DNA of 64,000 nt from an uncultured Erysipelotrichaceae bacterium (lineage in GTDB: Bacteria; Bacillota_I; Bacilli_A; RF39; UBA660): the NCBI GenBank assembly GCA_902780585.1, contig CACZGA010000001.1, positions 10,819 through 74,818 on the forward strand, written 5' to 3'. Within the stretch, counting starts at the first letter, position 1. The number at the start of each line of letters is the position of its first letter. Below the pieces are notes generated by a model. That model was not told the origin of the DNA and ran no database searches. It was given only the letters and a program-made list of their open reading frames with translations. Position numbers and translations under genes: made by a program. This document shows, one piece after another, positions 9,118 to 19,037 of this stretch.

Positions 9118-9909
9118 ATGGCAGAACTTACTCTTAATGAATTATTAGCAGGACGTGCTACTAGAATTAAAGGAAGAGAATATTTTCAAACTGCTGCTTA
9201 TGTTGAACCGTTTTTAGAAAGAGTTCAGAGATTAACTACTGAATTTAGAGTACAAGTTCAACTTCCAACTCAAATTACCTATACAGCAAATGGAGATATT
9301 AATACTGAAGATATAACTTATAATAGAGTTCTTATCGAAGGTATTCTTCCAGATGAATATAAATTTTCAGATGATCCGCATAGATCAGTAGTAGGAATGG
9401 TATATGGTATTGATGTTCGCAAACCAGTTGTTAAGTTCTTTAAAGGATGGGAAAGAATGTCATGTACTAATATGTGTGTATTTTCTCCACAATTATTGAC
9501 TTGTCAAGATTTAGAGTCTGAAAGAGCTATTGATTATTCACCATTAGAAAATATTATTAGACAAACTGATGATACTGCTACTTGGCTAAAGAAATTGGTA
9601 GAATCAGAGTTTAGTACTAGAATTCAAAATGTAAATGAATCTCTTGGAAAATGGGTTAGAAACTGTATTAATTATAGTTTTAATAACCATTATCAACCAG
9701 TAAAGATTGCTTGTTCTACTCCAATCGATGCATATAAATCATTATTTGAAAAAGAGGATAGTGAATATTATGCTGGGTTAGATTCTGGAAATATAAGTAT
9801 GTATCAAGTATATAATGCTTTTACTCAGGAACTTACTGATGGAATGAAGAAAGATCCGTTTAACATATTTGAAAAGACTTTATTACTTAAAGATATTCTT
9901 GATATATGA
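9118..9909 (+). CDS. hypothetical protein (weak DUF932-like resemblance)
   Basis: 263-aa ORF. The segment GMVYGIDVRKPVVKFFKGWERMSCTNMCVF recalls the DUF932 core, judged from memory only. Confidence 0.4.
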   Translation: MAELTLNELLAGRATRIKGREYFQTAAYVEPFLERVQRLTTEFRVQVQLPTQITYTANGDINTEDITYNRVLIEGILPDEYKFSDDPHRSVVGMVYGIDVRKPVVKFFKGWERMSCTNMCVFSPQLLTCQDLESERAIDYSPLENIIRQTDDTATWLKKLVESEFSTRIQNVNESLGKWVRNCINYSFNNHYQPVKIACSTPIDAYKSLFEKEDSEYYAGLDSGNISMYQVYNAFTQELTDGMKKDPFNIFEKTLLLKDILDI

Positions 9910-10205
9910 ATACAAAAGAAATAATAGACTTTATTAATAAATGTATTGAAAAGAATCACAAAGTATTTCTAAATGGATACGGAGGAGTAACTATTGAAGA
10001 TTTAAATATTGAAATTTATAGAACAAATTTTAGAATAGATGGGGAAATTACAGTAAAAAGAGTGTTTCCTTATTATAGTAAATCTTATTGTGAATTTCAT
10101 ATTAGAAATATTAGTGATGAAGATTGGGATAATTTTTCTGTTTGTATAATTAATGCAAAAAGAAGGTCCATAGAAAAATTTAAACAAGATATTCTTGATA
10201 TATGA
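9906..10205 (+). CDS. hypothetical protein
   Basis: ORF track entry with an ATGA overlap. Confidence 0.55.
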   Translation: MNTKEIIDFINKCIEKNHKVFLNGYGGVTIEDLNIEIYRTNFRIDGEITVKRVFPYYSKSYCEFHIRNISDEDWDNFSVCIINAKRRSIEKFKQDILDI

Positions 10206-10378
10206 AATTGATAAGAATAATTGACGATGCTAATAATTATATTAATGCTGATTTCTTAGTAAGAGTTTGGAGAGAAGATAATAAACAATATTGTCAATTA
10301 GTAACCGGAACTACTTATCAGATAAGCAAGAATGCTCTTATAAAAATCTTAGAATATGACAAGGAAACAAGCAAATAG
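10202..10378 (+). CDS. small hypothetical protein (58 aa)
   Basis: ATG 10202 to TAG 10376-10378. Overlaps the start of the next ORF. Confidence 0.3.
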   Translation: MKLIRIIDDANNYINADFLVRVWREDNKQYCQLVTGTTYQISKNALIKILEYDKETSK

Positions 10379-10595
10379 GACTATATTATTAGAACTCTAT
10401 AATTTAATTGAAAAATATCCAAGTTTAAGATTTGGACAAATTCTTGTTGATTGTGATATAATTCAAGAAGAAGAAGTCTTATTGGAAGGAGAAAGACAAA
10501 CTGTACTAATTGGAATTGATCCGTTTTATGAAGAATCTGAAGATACTTTAAATAGAATGATGAATAGTAAAATTATCAGTAAAGAGTACAATTAG
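10356..10595 (+). CDS. hypothetical protein
   Basis: ORF track entry. Ends at TAG 10593-10595, with a backup TAA at 10617-10619. Confidence 0.5.
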   Translation: MTRKQANRTILLELYNLIEKYPSLRFGQILVDCDIIQEEEVLLEGERQTVLIGIDPFYEESEDTLNRMMNSKIISKEYN

Positions 10596-10617
10596 AGTCT
10601 TAAATACTATTTTGATT

Positions 10618-10668
10618 AAAGGGTTAATAAGAATATATTTATAATTCTAATAACCCTTTAATTTTTAT
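10618..10668 (+). terminator. hairpin terminator upstream of nrdD
   Basis: aaagggttaataagaat / attctaataacccttt forms a stem with one bulge and is followed by aattttta. Confidence 0.55.
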
Positions 10669-10671
10669 TAT

Positions 10672-12879
10672 ATGAATAAAGAAACAATGTTTATTGTAAA
10701 AAGGTCAGGAAAAAAAGAAATTTTTAATCCTGATAAAATTAAAAATGCTGTAAGAGCAGCCTTTAATTCAGTAGGCTATTCTATAGATGAAGATGTATAT
10801 GATGAAATAGTTAATTCTGTAAAAGTTTGGAATGAAATGACTATTGAGGATATTCAAGATCAAGTAATTGAAACACTTAGAAATCTTGATTATGATGAAA
10901 TAGCAGACTGTTATCAAGCTTACAGATTAGAACACAAACAAGCAAGATTTATCCGAGAAAGAATTGATTATATGGATAAATACGCTAACTCTGGAGATAA
11001 TGCATCTACAGCATCTGAAACTGACGCAAACGCAAATGTTACTATGAAAAATGTAGCTAATCTTGAAGGTGAAGTTTATAAGGTAACAAATAGACGTATC
11101 CAGAGACAAAGAATGAAAGATAAACTCAATGAATTATATCCTGAAGATAATGATTTGGGTAAACAATATATAAAAGATTTAGAAAATTGGATTATTTACA
11201 CACATGATGAAGCCTCATCTCCAGTATTAAAACCTTATTGTATGGCAGCAACTCTTTATCCATTAATGGCTGAAGGTGTTGGTGTAATAGATGGAGTAAC
11301 TCCTACTCCTCCAAATGATATACAATCATTTAGTGGACAGGTAACTAATTTAGTATTTTTATTATCAGCATCTGCAAAAGGCGCAATAGCATTAGGTGAT
11401 TATTTTATAGCACTTAACTATTATGTAATAGCAGAATATGGTCCAAAATGGTATGATAAACTTGATGTTAATACAACTACAGATCACTGTTTAAAACCAA
11501 TGACTATTCGAAGAGCTATTAGAAAAGGAATGAAACAATTTATCTATGGTGTTAATCAACCAGCAGGTAACAGAAGTTATAATTCTCCTTTCTCTAATTG
11601 TTCTTATTATGATAAAACATACTTTAATAGTATATTTGAGGATTTCTACTATCCTGATGGAACTCAACCCGAATGGAAAGCTATAGATACTCTTCAAAGA
11701 ATATTTATGGAACTTCACAGAGAACTTAGACTTATTAAACCATTAACATTCCCTGTTACTACATTTGCTATGGTACATGATGGTACTGATGTAATTGATA
11801 AAGAATATAAACAATTATGTGCAGATGAATGGGCTAAAGGTGGAAGTTTCTTCTGTTATCTTTCTAATAATCCATCGGCATTAGCTAGTTGTTGTAGAGT
11901 ACTTAATGAAATGTCTGAAAATACATTTAGTAGTACTACTGGAATGACTGGAATCATGACTGGTTCTTGTAACGTAATTACTCTTAATATTAATAGAATT
12001 GTTCAAGATTGTGCTAGAAAACATCACGCTTGTATGTTTAGAGAAGATCAACAACAATCTATATCTATGCATGGAAGGTTTCCAGATTATTTAAAAGAAT
12101 ATCTTATTTCTATATTAGAGAGAGTTTATAAATATCATATTGCTTATAAAACAATGCTTTATGATTTAGAAGAGAAAGGAATGTTTTCTCCTTCTAATGG
12201 AGGATATATTTATATGAAGAAACTCTATTCTACTATCGGACTTATAGGTTATACTGAAGCAGCTCAATTCTTAGGGATGAAAGTTTCTAATAATCAAGAA
12301 TATATTGATTTCTTAAAATTAATATTTGGTACAGTAAAGGAACAGAATAAGTTAAATTCTATTAGAAATAAGAAGAGACCTATTTTATTTAACAGTGAAG
12401 CTATACCAGGTGAAGGATTAGGTGTAAAATTATATGAACATGATAAAAAAGATGGATATTGGGTACCTGAAGATCAAAATCTATACAATTGTTACTTCTA
12501 TAATCCTTGGGATAATACTTCTATTCTTGATAAGTTTATTCTCCATGGTAAGCAAGTTGCTTCGTTCTGTGACGGAGGTCAAGCACTTCACGCAAATCTT
12601 GACGAACATCTTTCAAAGGAACAATATCTTAAATTAATAAATTTTGCTATACAAGAAGGAACTAATTATTTTACATTTAATATCCCAATTAGTGAATGTA
12701 AATCTTGTGGTCATGTTGTAAATGCTCCAATTCAAGAATGTCCTAAATGTGGTAGTAATAATATTGATTATTGGACTAGAATTATTGGGTATCTAAGACC
12801 TGTAAGTGCATTTAGTAATCCTAGAAAGATTGAACAAAAGAAACGAGTTTATAGTACTAACTTAAATGAAATACCTTAA
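10672..12879 (+). CDS. nrdD: anaerobic ribonucleoside-triphosphate reductase (class III)
   Basis: N-terminal ATP-cone (VKRSGKKEIFNPDKIKNAVRAAF), C-terminal Zn ribbon CKSCGH...CPKCGS and glycyl-radical motif RIIGYLRPV; 735 aa. Confidence 0.95.
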   Translation: MNKETMFIVKRSGKKEIFNPDKIKNAVRAAFNSVGYSIDEDVYDEIVNSVKVWNEMTIEDIQDQVIETLRNLDYDEIADCYQAYRLEHKQARFIRERIDYMDKYANSGDNASTASETDANANVTMKNVANLEGEVYKVTNRRIQRQRMKDKLNELYPEDNDLGKQYIKDLENWIIYTHDEASSPVLKPYCMAATLYPLMAEGVGVIDGVTPTPPNDIQSFSGQVTNLVFLLSASAKGAIALGDYFIALNYYVIAEYGPKWYDKLDVNTTTDHCLKPMTIRRAIRKGMKQFIYGVNQPAGNRSYNSPFSNCSYYDKTYFNSIFEDFYYPDGTQPEWKAIDTLQRIFMELHRELRLIKPLTFPVTTFAMVHDGTDVIDKEYKQLCADEWAKGGSFFCYLSNNPSALASCCRVLNEMSENTFSSTTGMTGIMTGSCNVITLNINRIVQDCARKHHACMFREDQQQSISMHGRFPDYLKEYLISILERVYKYHIAYKTMLYDLEEKGMFSPSNGGYIYMKKLYSTIGLIGYTEAAQFLGMKVSNNQEYIDFLKLIFGTVKEQNKLNSIRNKKRPILFNSEAIPGEGLGVKLYEHDKKDGYWVPEDQNLYNCYFYNPWDNTSILDKFILHGKQVASFCDGGQALHANLDEHLSKEQYLKLINFAIQEGTNYFTFNIPISECKSCGHVVNAPIQECPKCGSNNIDYWTRIIGYLRPVSAFSNPRKIEQKKRVYSTNLNEIP

Positions 12880-13324
12880 TACAATGGTTACATTTAGTGA
12901 ATTTCCAGATGAAATTGCTTTATGTATAAATATAACTAATTGTCCTTTCCATTGTCCTGGATGCCATAGTCCAGAACTTTGGGAAGATATTGGAATAGAA
13001 TTAACATTTGATGAACTTAATAAACTTATAAAATCTAATAAAGGAATTACTTGTGTTGGATTTATGGGAGGTTTTCCTTTAAGTGTATATGATGCAGCCT
13101 GTTTTATTAAAGCTAATTATAATTTAAAAGTAGGTTGGTATTGGGGAGGTGAAAAGAATAATTATCCTTTGTATATTTATAATATATTAGATTATATTAA
13201 ACTTGGACCTTATGATAAAGAATTAGGAGGATTAGGTAGTCCTAATACTAATCAAAAATTCTATAAAATAGAAAATGGACAATTAATAGATTGGACTTAT
13301 AAATTTTGGAAACATGGAAAATAA
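12866..13324 (+). CDS. nrdG: anaerobic RNR activating enzyme (radical SAM)
   Basis: CPFHCPGC cluster (CxxxCxxC) near the N-terminus; 152 aa; overlaps the nrdD stop. Confidence 0.9.
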   Translation: MKYLNTMVTFSEFPDEIALCINITNCPFHCPGCHSPELWEDIGIELTFDELNKLIKSNKGITCVGFMGGFPLSVYDAACFIKANYNLKVGWYWGGEKNNYPLYIYNILDYIKLGPYDKELGGLGSPNTNQKFYKIENGQLIDWTYKFWKHGK

Positions 13325-13514
13325 TAATAAAGTAACGATAGGATGTGCTACTCCAGCAGTAGTTATTGTATTTCTGGCATTCTTTTTTGCTAAAATATTT
13401 GATAAAATAGATTGGAGTTGGTGGTGGGTATTCAGTCCATTATGGATTCCTGCTCTATTATGTATAACATTTTTAATAATTATATTTATACTTAAAATAT
13501 GGCTAGAATGGTAG
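13314..13514 (+). CDS. small two-TM membrane protein
   Basis: Hydrophobic stretches VVIVFLAFFFAKIF and LLCITFLIIIFIL. Ends at TAG 13512-13514, with a backup TAA at 13521-13523. Confidence 0.5.
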   Translation: MENNNKVTIGCATPAVVIVFLAFFFAKIFDKIDWSWWWVFSPLWIPALLCITFLIIIFILKIWLEW

Positions 13515-13780
13515 AAATCATAACTGATGGATATCCAAAAGAAGATCAGGTTCTTCTTGATGAAATAACTTGTAAATATGTTCAAGAACCTGATTGTACT
13601 GAAAGTAGAGATGATGATTGGCAGGAAATAATATTATCATCAAGAGATGGAGGAGGTGGTAAATTTATCCATATTAAAACTACAGGTTGGAGCATTAATG
13701 GAGATAAATTAGAAGATGATTTAATTCCTCTAATTAATGATTTTAAGAAAAGAATGAATGAAACTTTTAATAATACCTGA
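13499..13780 (+). CDS. hypothetical protein
   Basis: ORF track entry. Confidence 0.5.
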   Translation: MARMVEIITDGYPKEDQVLLDEITCKYVQEPDCTESRDDDWQEIILSSRDGGGGKFIHIKTTGWSINGDKLEDDLIPLINDFKKRMNETFNNT

Positions 13781-14414
13781 TGTTCATGGTCGTGATTTCT
13801 GGATAGAGCCTTGTTCTCACATAGATGAATTTGATAAAGTAATTTTTTTAGGAGATTATCATGATCCATATTCTTATGAAGTAAGTCAAGATACTTCTAG
13901 ACATAGATTACGTGATGAATTATTACCATTTGTTCAAGAACATCAAGATAAAGTTATATGTTTATTTGGAAATCATGATGGTAATTATTTAGTTGGAGAT
14001 ATGGCTGATAGAGTTGATTATTGGAATAAAGCTAAAATAAAAGAATATTTACAGAAAATGAATCTTAAACTAATTCATAGAGAAGGTAAATATTTATTTT
14101 CACATTCTGGAGTACTTCCTAAATGGTTAGATTCAAATAATTTAACTTTAGAAGATTTAGAAATTTTATCATTTGATCATCAAGCTTTAATGCAAGTATC
14201 TCCTTATAGAGGCGGATGGTTCTCTGAAGCTGGTAGTTGTATATGGGGTGATGTTAGAGAATATGCTACAAAAGAACATATTCCAGATATTTATCAAATA
14301 TTTGGACATACTCAACTACAAAAAGATGCTATAATAGAGAAAGATTGGGCTTGTTTAGATTGTAGAAAAGCTTTTGTCTTAGAAAACGATACTATCAAAG
14401 AATGGAGGCAATAA
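13758..14414 (+). CDS. metallophosphoesterase, lambda-phosphatase / PrpE-like
   Basis: Motifs IPDVHGR, FLGDYHD, FGNHD and FGHT in the canonical order. Confidence 0.8.
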   Translation: MKLLIIPDVHGRDFWIEPCSHIDEFDKVIFLGDYHDPYSYEVSQDTSRHRLRDELLPFVQEHQDKVICLFGNHDGNYLVGDMADRVDYWNKAKIKEYLQKMNLKLIHREGKYLFSHSGVLPKWLDSNNLTLEDLEILSFDHQALMQVSPYRGGWFSEAGSCIWGDVREYATKEHIPDIYQIFGHTQLQKDAIIEKDWACLDCRKAFVLENDTIKEWRQ

Positions 14415-14671
14415 TAGTTTATGATGATAAGAAAGATAGGGAACTTTTGAATTTAGTAGATTCTAAGTTTCCTATTTTTATTGAATATATAGATTTTAAT
14501 ACAGTAGAAGGTAGAAAAGAAGCATATAGAGTAAAATCATATTGGGGTGCTAGAAAAAATCCTTTTGTTGTAGTACAAGAAGAAGAGAAGATAATTAAAG
14601 TATTCTATACAGAAAATGGTAAGAATGCTATTCAACAATTAATTAATTATCTAAATGAAAGTAAAAATTAA
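14402..14671 (+). CDS. hypothetical protein; possible glutaredoxin/NrdH-like fold without a CxxC motif
   Basis: 89 aa. The layout IIVYDD...IEYIDFNT...NPFVVV resembles NrdH, but there is no redox cysteine pair. Confidence 0.35.
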   Translation: MEAIIVYDDKKDRELLNLVDSKFPIFIEYIDFNTVEGRKEAYRVKSYWGARKNPFVVVQEEEKIIKVFYTENGKNAIQQLINYLNESKN

Positions 14672-15140
14672 ATTATTAGACGAAAAGGCAAAGGTTCCTT
14701 TTAAAAAACATATAGATGGAGATGCTTGTTATGATTTAGTTCCAGTAAGTTATAAGTATAATCCTAAATATGATAGATTTGAATATGCTTTAGGATTTGC
14801 TACTGAATTTAGTTCAGATTGGGAAGCTGAAATTAGACCAAGAAGTACTAATACCAAGACAGATGCATATATCCCAAATACTCCACCCACTATTGACTCT
14901 AATTATCGTGGAGAATGGCTAATAATGTACAAACTTCGTACTCCATTTGAACAATTATTTCCAGAAGGAGATAGAGAATTAAATATTCTTGAAATGGAAA
15001 ACGAACTTGCTCCTTATAAAATTGACGGAACACCTATTGCTCAAGTTAAATTTAATAGAGTTGAACATACTGATTGGATCGAAGTAGATGAATTATCTGA
15101 TACTAGTAGAGGTGCAGACGGAGGACTTAAAAGAGTATGA
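14655..15140 (+). CDS. dut: dUTP pyrophosphatase
   Basis: dUTPase motifs GDACYDL, RPRS, TIDSNYRGEW and a C-terminal SRGADGG. Confidence 0.85.
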   Translation: MKVKIKLLDEKAKVPFKKHIDGDACYDLVPVSYKYNPKYDRFEYALGFATEFSSDWEAEIRPRSTNTKTDAYIPNTPPTIDSNYRGEWLIMYKLRTPFEQLFPEGDRELNILEMENELAPYKIDGTPIAQVKFNRVEHTDWIEVDELSDTSRGADGGLKRV

Positions 15141-15490
15141 TTACTAAAGAACATTTCATTGACTTTATAACTGAATATCAGAATTTTGACAAAGCTATAG
15201 AGAGATTGGAGATAGCTATATCTGGAAAGAAATACGGATGTAATTTATTTGAAAGTGATTGGTATGAATCTGTAGCTAGAATGTTTGATGTATTTCTAGA
15301 ATCTTTCTTTACAGATGATGGACAGGATGTTATAACTTGGTGGTTATTTGAAGATGTTGATCATATTATATGGCAAAAAACTGATCCAGACTTATTTAAT
15401 GGAAAATCTGAAATAGAATATAATGTCAATGATATAGAAGATTTGTGGAATTATCTGTTTAAATACAAAGAGGATTACTTAAATGACTGA
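15137..15490 (+). CDS. hypothetical protein
   Basis: ORF track entry with an ATGA overlap. Confidence 0.55.
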   Translation: MITKEHFIDFITEYQNFDKAIERLEIAISGKKYGCNLFESDWYESVARMFDVFLESFFTDDGQDVITWWLFEDVDHIIWQKTDPDLFNGKSEIEYNVNDIEDLWNYLFKYKEDYLND

Positions 15491-16742
15491 TGATTTATTT
15501 AAACCACAAGAAGTAATTCCTAACAGTAAAACTTGGAATTTAATTACTAAGGATGCTAAAGGAAAGATTAGGTTTGCAATTATTAGTTATGAATTAATAA
15601 ATCCAAAAGATAAACAAACAAGACATTTTCTAATTCATCGTATAACTGGACAATACGGTGGTAAAAGAACTAGTCAACCTGATAAAACTGTTGATAGAGG
15701 TAAGGCTACAAGAAATATGTGGGATCAAGTAATGCTTGAAGCTAAACACTTGGTAAAAGAAAAACTTGATAGTGGTTATAAGGAAATTGAAAAAGATCCA
15801 GATGAGTATTCTGAATCCGAATTAATATCTATTCTTGGTGAAGTAATTACTAGTCAAGATGGAGTTCCTAAGCCAATGCTTGCTAAACAGGTTGATAAAG
15901 TAACTAGTACTAAAATATTTGATAAAGTTTGGTTAGGCTCTCGTAAAATTGACGGATTAAGAGCGTTGATTTATATGGGAACTGATGGTAAACTTCATAC
16001 TTCTTCAAGAGGAGCTATGAATTATGATGCTGCAATGTATCAAATAATTACTAATCCTACTTTAATTAAATTATTTAAAGAAAATCCAGGACTTATAATG
16101 GATGGAGAATGTTATCATCATGGATATACACTTCAACAACTTAATTCTATAGCTAGAACTCAAAAAACTGCTGTTGACTATGATATATTACAATTTTATT
16201 GGTATGATATAGTTGATACTAATTCTACTTTTGATGAACGTTGGGCTTATATGCAGGATTTAAAAGATGAATATAATTTTGGATTTGATCCTGAAAAAGA
16301 GTTTGATAGAGAAGAACTTAGAATTCAATTTGTTCCTCAAGTAGAAGTTTCTGGATATAATAATATGATCAAACTTCATAATGATTATGTAGAAGAAGGT
16401 TGGGAAGGATTAGTTATAAGAGATCCAGATAAGGTTTATAAACCTAATGGACGTACTAATGATATGATTAAAATTAAGGTTTATAAGGATGATTGCTTTA
16501 AAGTTGTAGGTAAAGAAGCAGGTCTTCGTGGAAGTGAAGATATGGTCTTTATTATGCAAATGCCTGATGGTAGAATATTTAAAGCAAAACCATTTGGTGA
16601 CAGGGAACAGAAGGAAGAGTATTGGAATAATTTTGAAGATAAATATAATGGTCATATAGGAGAATGTAAGTTCTTCTATTATAGTGATGATGGTATTCCT
16701 CTTCAACCAGCATTTAAGGCATTTAGAGACGATATAGAATGA
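15483..16742 (+). CDS. ATP-dependent DNA ligase
   Basis: Adenylation motif I KIDGLRA, then IMDGECY, EGLVIRD and MIKIKVYKD (motifs III-V). Confidence 0.9.
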   Translation: MTDDLFKPQEVIPNSKTWNLITKDAKGKIRFAIISYELINPKDKQTRHFLIHRITGQYGGKRTSQPDKTVDRGKATRNMWDQVMLEAKHLVKEKLDSGYKEIEKDPDEYSESELISILGEVITSQDGVPKPMLAKQVDKVTSTKIFDKVWLGSRKIDGLRALIYMGTDGKLHTSSRGAMNYDAAMYQIITNPTLIKLFKENPGLIMDGECYHHGYTLQQLNSIARTQKTAVDYDILQFYWYDIVDTNSTFDERWAYMQDLKDEYNFGFDPEKEFDREELRIQFVPQVEVSGYNNMIKLHNDYVEEGWEGLVIRDPDKVYKPNGRTNDMIKIKVYKDDCFKVVGKEAGLRGSEDMVFIMQMPDGRIFKAKPFGDREQKEEYWNNFEDKYNGHIGECKFFYYSDDGIPLQPAFKAFRDDIE

Positions 16743-17092
16743 TTACATACAATTTTGTTATATTAGATGTTAATAAAACTATTAGTCCTTTCCTTAATCT
16801 TTTAGATGAAAATAAATTTTTAGAAAAATTATGGGAATGGTGTTATGAAGATGACTTATGGGATTTTATTGATGAAAATCCAGAAGTATTGACTAATTCT
16901 GAAGATTTAGAAAATTATATACTTGATACTTTTATTCCAGAAGATTTATTTCATCGTTATGAAGATGATGATTTAAATTGTTTTGCATTTGCTGTATCTG
17001 ACGAAAAATTAAATACAAGAGAGTATGATGAAGATAGAGCTCTTGGATTTGTATTAAATAAAATAGAAGAACATTATGGAAAAAGTTTATGA
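16739..17092 (+). CDS. hypothetical acidic protein
   Basis: ORF track entry. Confidence 0.55.
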   Translation: MITYNFVILDVNKTISPFLNLLDENKFLEKLWEWCYEDDLWDFIDENPEVLTNSEDLENYILDTFIPEDLFHRYEDDDLNCFAFAVSDEKLNTREYDEDRALGFVLNKIEEHYGKSL

Positions 17093-17261
17093 AGTAACTC
17101 TTCATAGAGTTGTAGAACATGAAACAGTATATAGAGTTCATGCTGAATCTGAAGAAGAAGCTGAAGAATTAGTATTGTGTTCTGATTATGATGAAATAGT
17201 TGAAGATTCAGAACAAGGAGATATGGAAGATCCAGAAGTAGTTGATATTACTAGAGTATAA
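17076..17261 (+). CDS. hypothetical acidic protein
   Basis: ORF track entry. Confidence 0.5.
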   Translation: MEKVYEVTLHRVVEHETVYRVHAESEEEAEELVLCSDYDEIVEDSEQGDMEDPEVVDITRV

Positions 17262-17419
17262 TGGTTCAAATAGTTAAACAAACTCATGAAGAAAAAGTAG
17301 CAATGTATATGAAATGTAAGAAAAAACAACTTGCTGAAATGCTTGCTACTAGGGATGATTATGATGAAATAAATAGTAATACAGAAAATTATTATTATTA
17401 TGATTCAACTAGTAGTTAA
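17261..17419 (+). CDS. small hypothetical protein (52 aa)
   Basis: TAATG overlap at 17261; runs to TAA 17417-17419. Confidence 0.35.
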   Translation: MVQIVKQTHEEKVAMYMKCKKKQLAEMLATRDDYDEINSNTENYYYYDSTSS

Positions 17420-17918
17420 TGTCAATTTACTAAGAGAAATAGAAGAATCTAAATTAATAGGAGCTTATGCACGTTTAGTATATAATGATGAACTTGATTT
17501 AACTGACGATACAAGAATAAAAAATAATCTTATTCAACTTCTTGACTGGGATAAAAACGGAGAAAATGGATTAGGATTTTACTGTGGAAAATTTGAATCT
17601 ATTAAGAGAAAAGATTGGGATTTTCTTATAAACTTTATAAAAGAAAATGAACATACTATAAAACAATATGGTTATTATCCATCAAAGGAAAGGAAATTAG
17701 AATCTATAAAAATTATACACGATGCTCTACAAGCAAAGGAGCAACATAATATAGAAAGATTTTCTGATGAAAATTATGAGGTTAGCGGAAGAGGTAAAAA
17801 AGCTAAACCTTGTATATATAAAGGAAGAAAATATAAATCCAGACAAGAATGTATCTATAAAGAAAAAATCACTAAATATGAATTATATAGTTATTTAAAA
17901 GAAACTAAACAATTATGA
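17400..17918 (+). CDS. hypothetical protein
   Basis: ORF track entry. Confidence 0.55.
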   Translation: MIQLVVNVNLLREIEESKLIGAYARLVYNDELDLTDDTRIKNNLIQLLDWDKNGENGLGFYCGKFESIKRKDWDFLINFIKENEHTIKQYGYYPSKERKLESIKIIHDALQAKEQHNIERFSDENYEVSGRGKKAKPCIYKGRKYKSRQECIYKEKITKYELYSYLKETKQL

Positions 17919-18238
17919 TACAAATTGGAAGTACAAATATATATTTAAATAATAGAGATGGAGCCAAATTGTGGTTAGAAAGAACAGAAGAAGTAGAACC
18001 TAATATATTTAAATATGAGATGCGTGTAGATTATAACCATCAATATTGTTTAAAATATATTAGAGTTATTAGAGATTCTAATAATATTGAAGCTATTGAT
18101 CCATCTGGTGGTCCTTTTATTTCTTTAGCAGATGAATTTGAAAATGGAAAATATAAGATAATTAAAATAATTAATCCTATTACATTTTTAATAAGTGAAA
18201 GAAATAACGACAGAGAAAACAATACTAACAGAAAATAA
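17915..18238 (+). CDS. hypothetical protein
   Basis: ORF track entry. Confidence 0.5.
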   Translation: MIQIGSTNIYLNNRDGAKLWLERTEEVEPNIFKYEMRVDYNHQYCLKYIRVIRDSNNIEAIDPSGGPFISLADEFENGKYKIIKIINPITFLISERNNDRENNTNRK

Positions 18239-19037
18239 TGAAATTCTAAAACATTATTTTGAAAGTATTAGTAAATATCCTATATATAGTCCTGAAGAAC
18301 AAATAGAATTAGCTAGAAAAATGAAAAACGGAGATGAAAGAGCGAGAGAGAAATTGATTACTTCTAATCTCCGTTTTGTTGTTACTTGTGCGAAGAAATA
18401 TACCAAACAAGGAGTTCCATTAATAGATTTAATTCAAAGTGGAAATGTAGGATTAACATTAGCACTTAATAATTATGATCCAGATAGAGGTTATCATTTT
18501 ATAAGTTTTGCAGTGTGGTATATTAGAAGAGAAATTCTTAGAGCAATCTATAATACTGGAAGAACTATTAGGTATCCAATTACCTATATAAGTAAAATAA
18601 CTAAAGTAAAGAAAGCTTATGATGATTTCTTAACTAAATATCAAAGAAATCCAACAGATGAAGAACTTATAGAATTAACTAATTTAACACAAAAACAATA
18701 TAATTCTGTAATAATGGATAAATCATATTGTCAATCAATAGATTCTCCAGTTACAGAAGATGAAAAGACAACTATAGAAGATACTCTTAGTGAAGAAATA
18801 ATTCCTTTTACTGATGTGTTTACTAAAGAAGCTATTAAAAATGCTTTAAATGTTCTTAATCCTAGAGAATATAAAGTAATTAGTGAATTTTATGGATTAG
18901 ACGGAAAACTAGAGAGAAGCATTAAAGATATAGCTAAAGAAATGAATCTTGGTGATGAAAGAATAAGACAAATAAGAAAAGGAGCTATTAAAAAGTTAGA
19001 AAAACGTTGTGGAAAAACATTAAAGACTTTATTATGA
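18195..19037 (+). CDS. sigma-70 family RNA polymerase sigma factor (regions 2, 3 and 4; no region 1.1)
   Basis: Region 2: LITSNLRFVVTCAKKY...LIDLIQSGNVGLTLALNNYDPDRGYHFISFAVWYIRREI. Region 4: REYKVISEFYGLDG...IKDIAKEMNLGDERIRQIRKGAIKKL. Confidence 0.9.
   Translation: MKEITTEKTILTENNEILKHYFESISKYPIYSPEEQIELARKMKNGDERAREKLITSNLRFVVTCAKKYTKQGVPLIDLIQSGNVGLTLALNNYDPDRGYHFISFAVWYIRREILRAIYNTGRTIRYPITYISKITKVKKAYDDFLTKYQRNPTDEELIELTNLTQKQYNSVIMDKSYCQSIDSPVTEDEKTTIEDTLSEEIIPFTDVFTKEAIKNALNVLNPREYKVISEFYGLDGKLERSIKDIAKEMNLGDERIRQIRKGAIKKLEKRCGKTLKTLL

Noticed and set aside
227-10671. Bacteroides-type promoter elements (TAnnTTTG at -7, TTTG at -33) in plus-strand intergenic regions
   Set aside because: Only near matches appear (for example attttgtaaa and cctttgtaaa near 6441-6510, tattttgatt near 10608), and no consistent spacing. 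This is too weak in 70% A+T DNA to call promoters.
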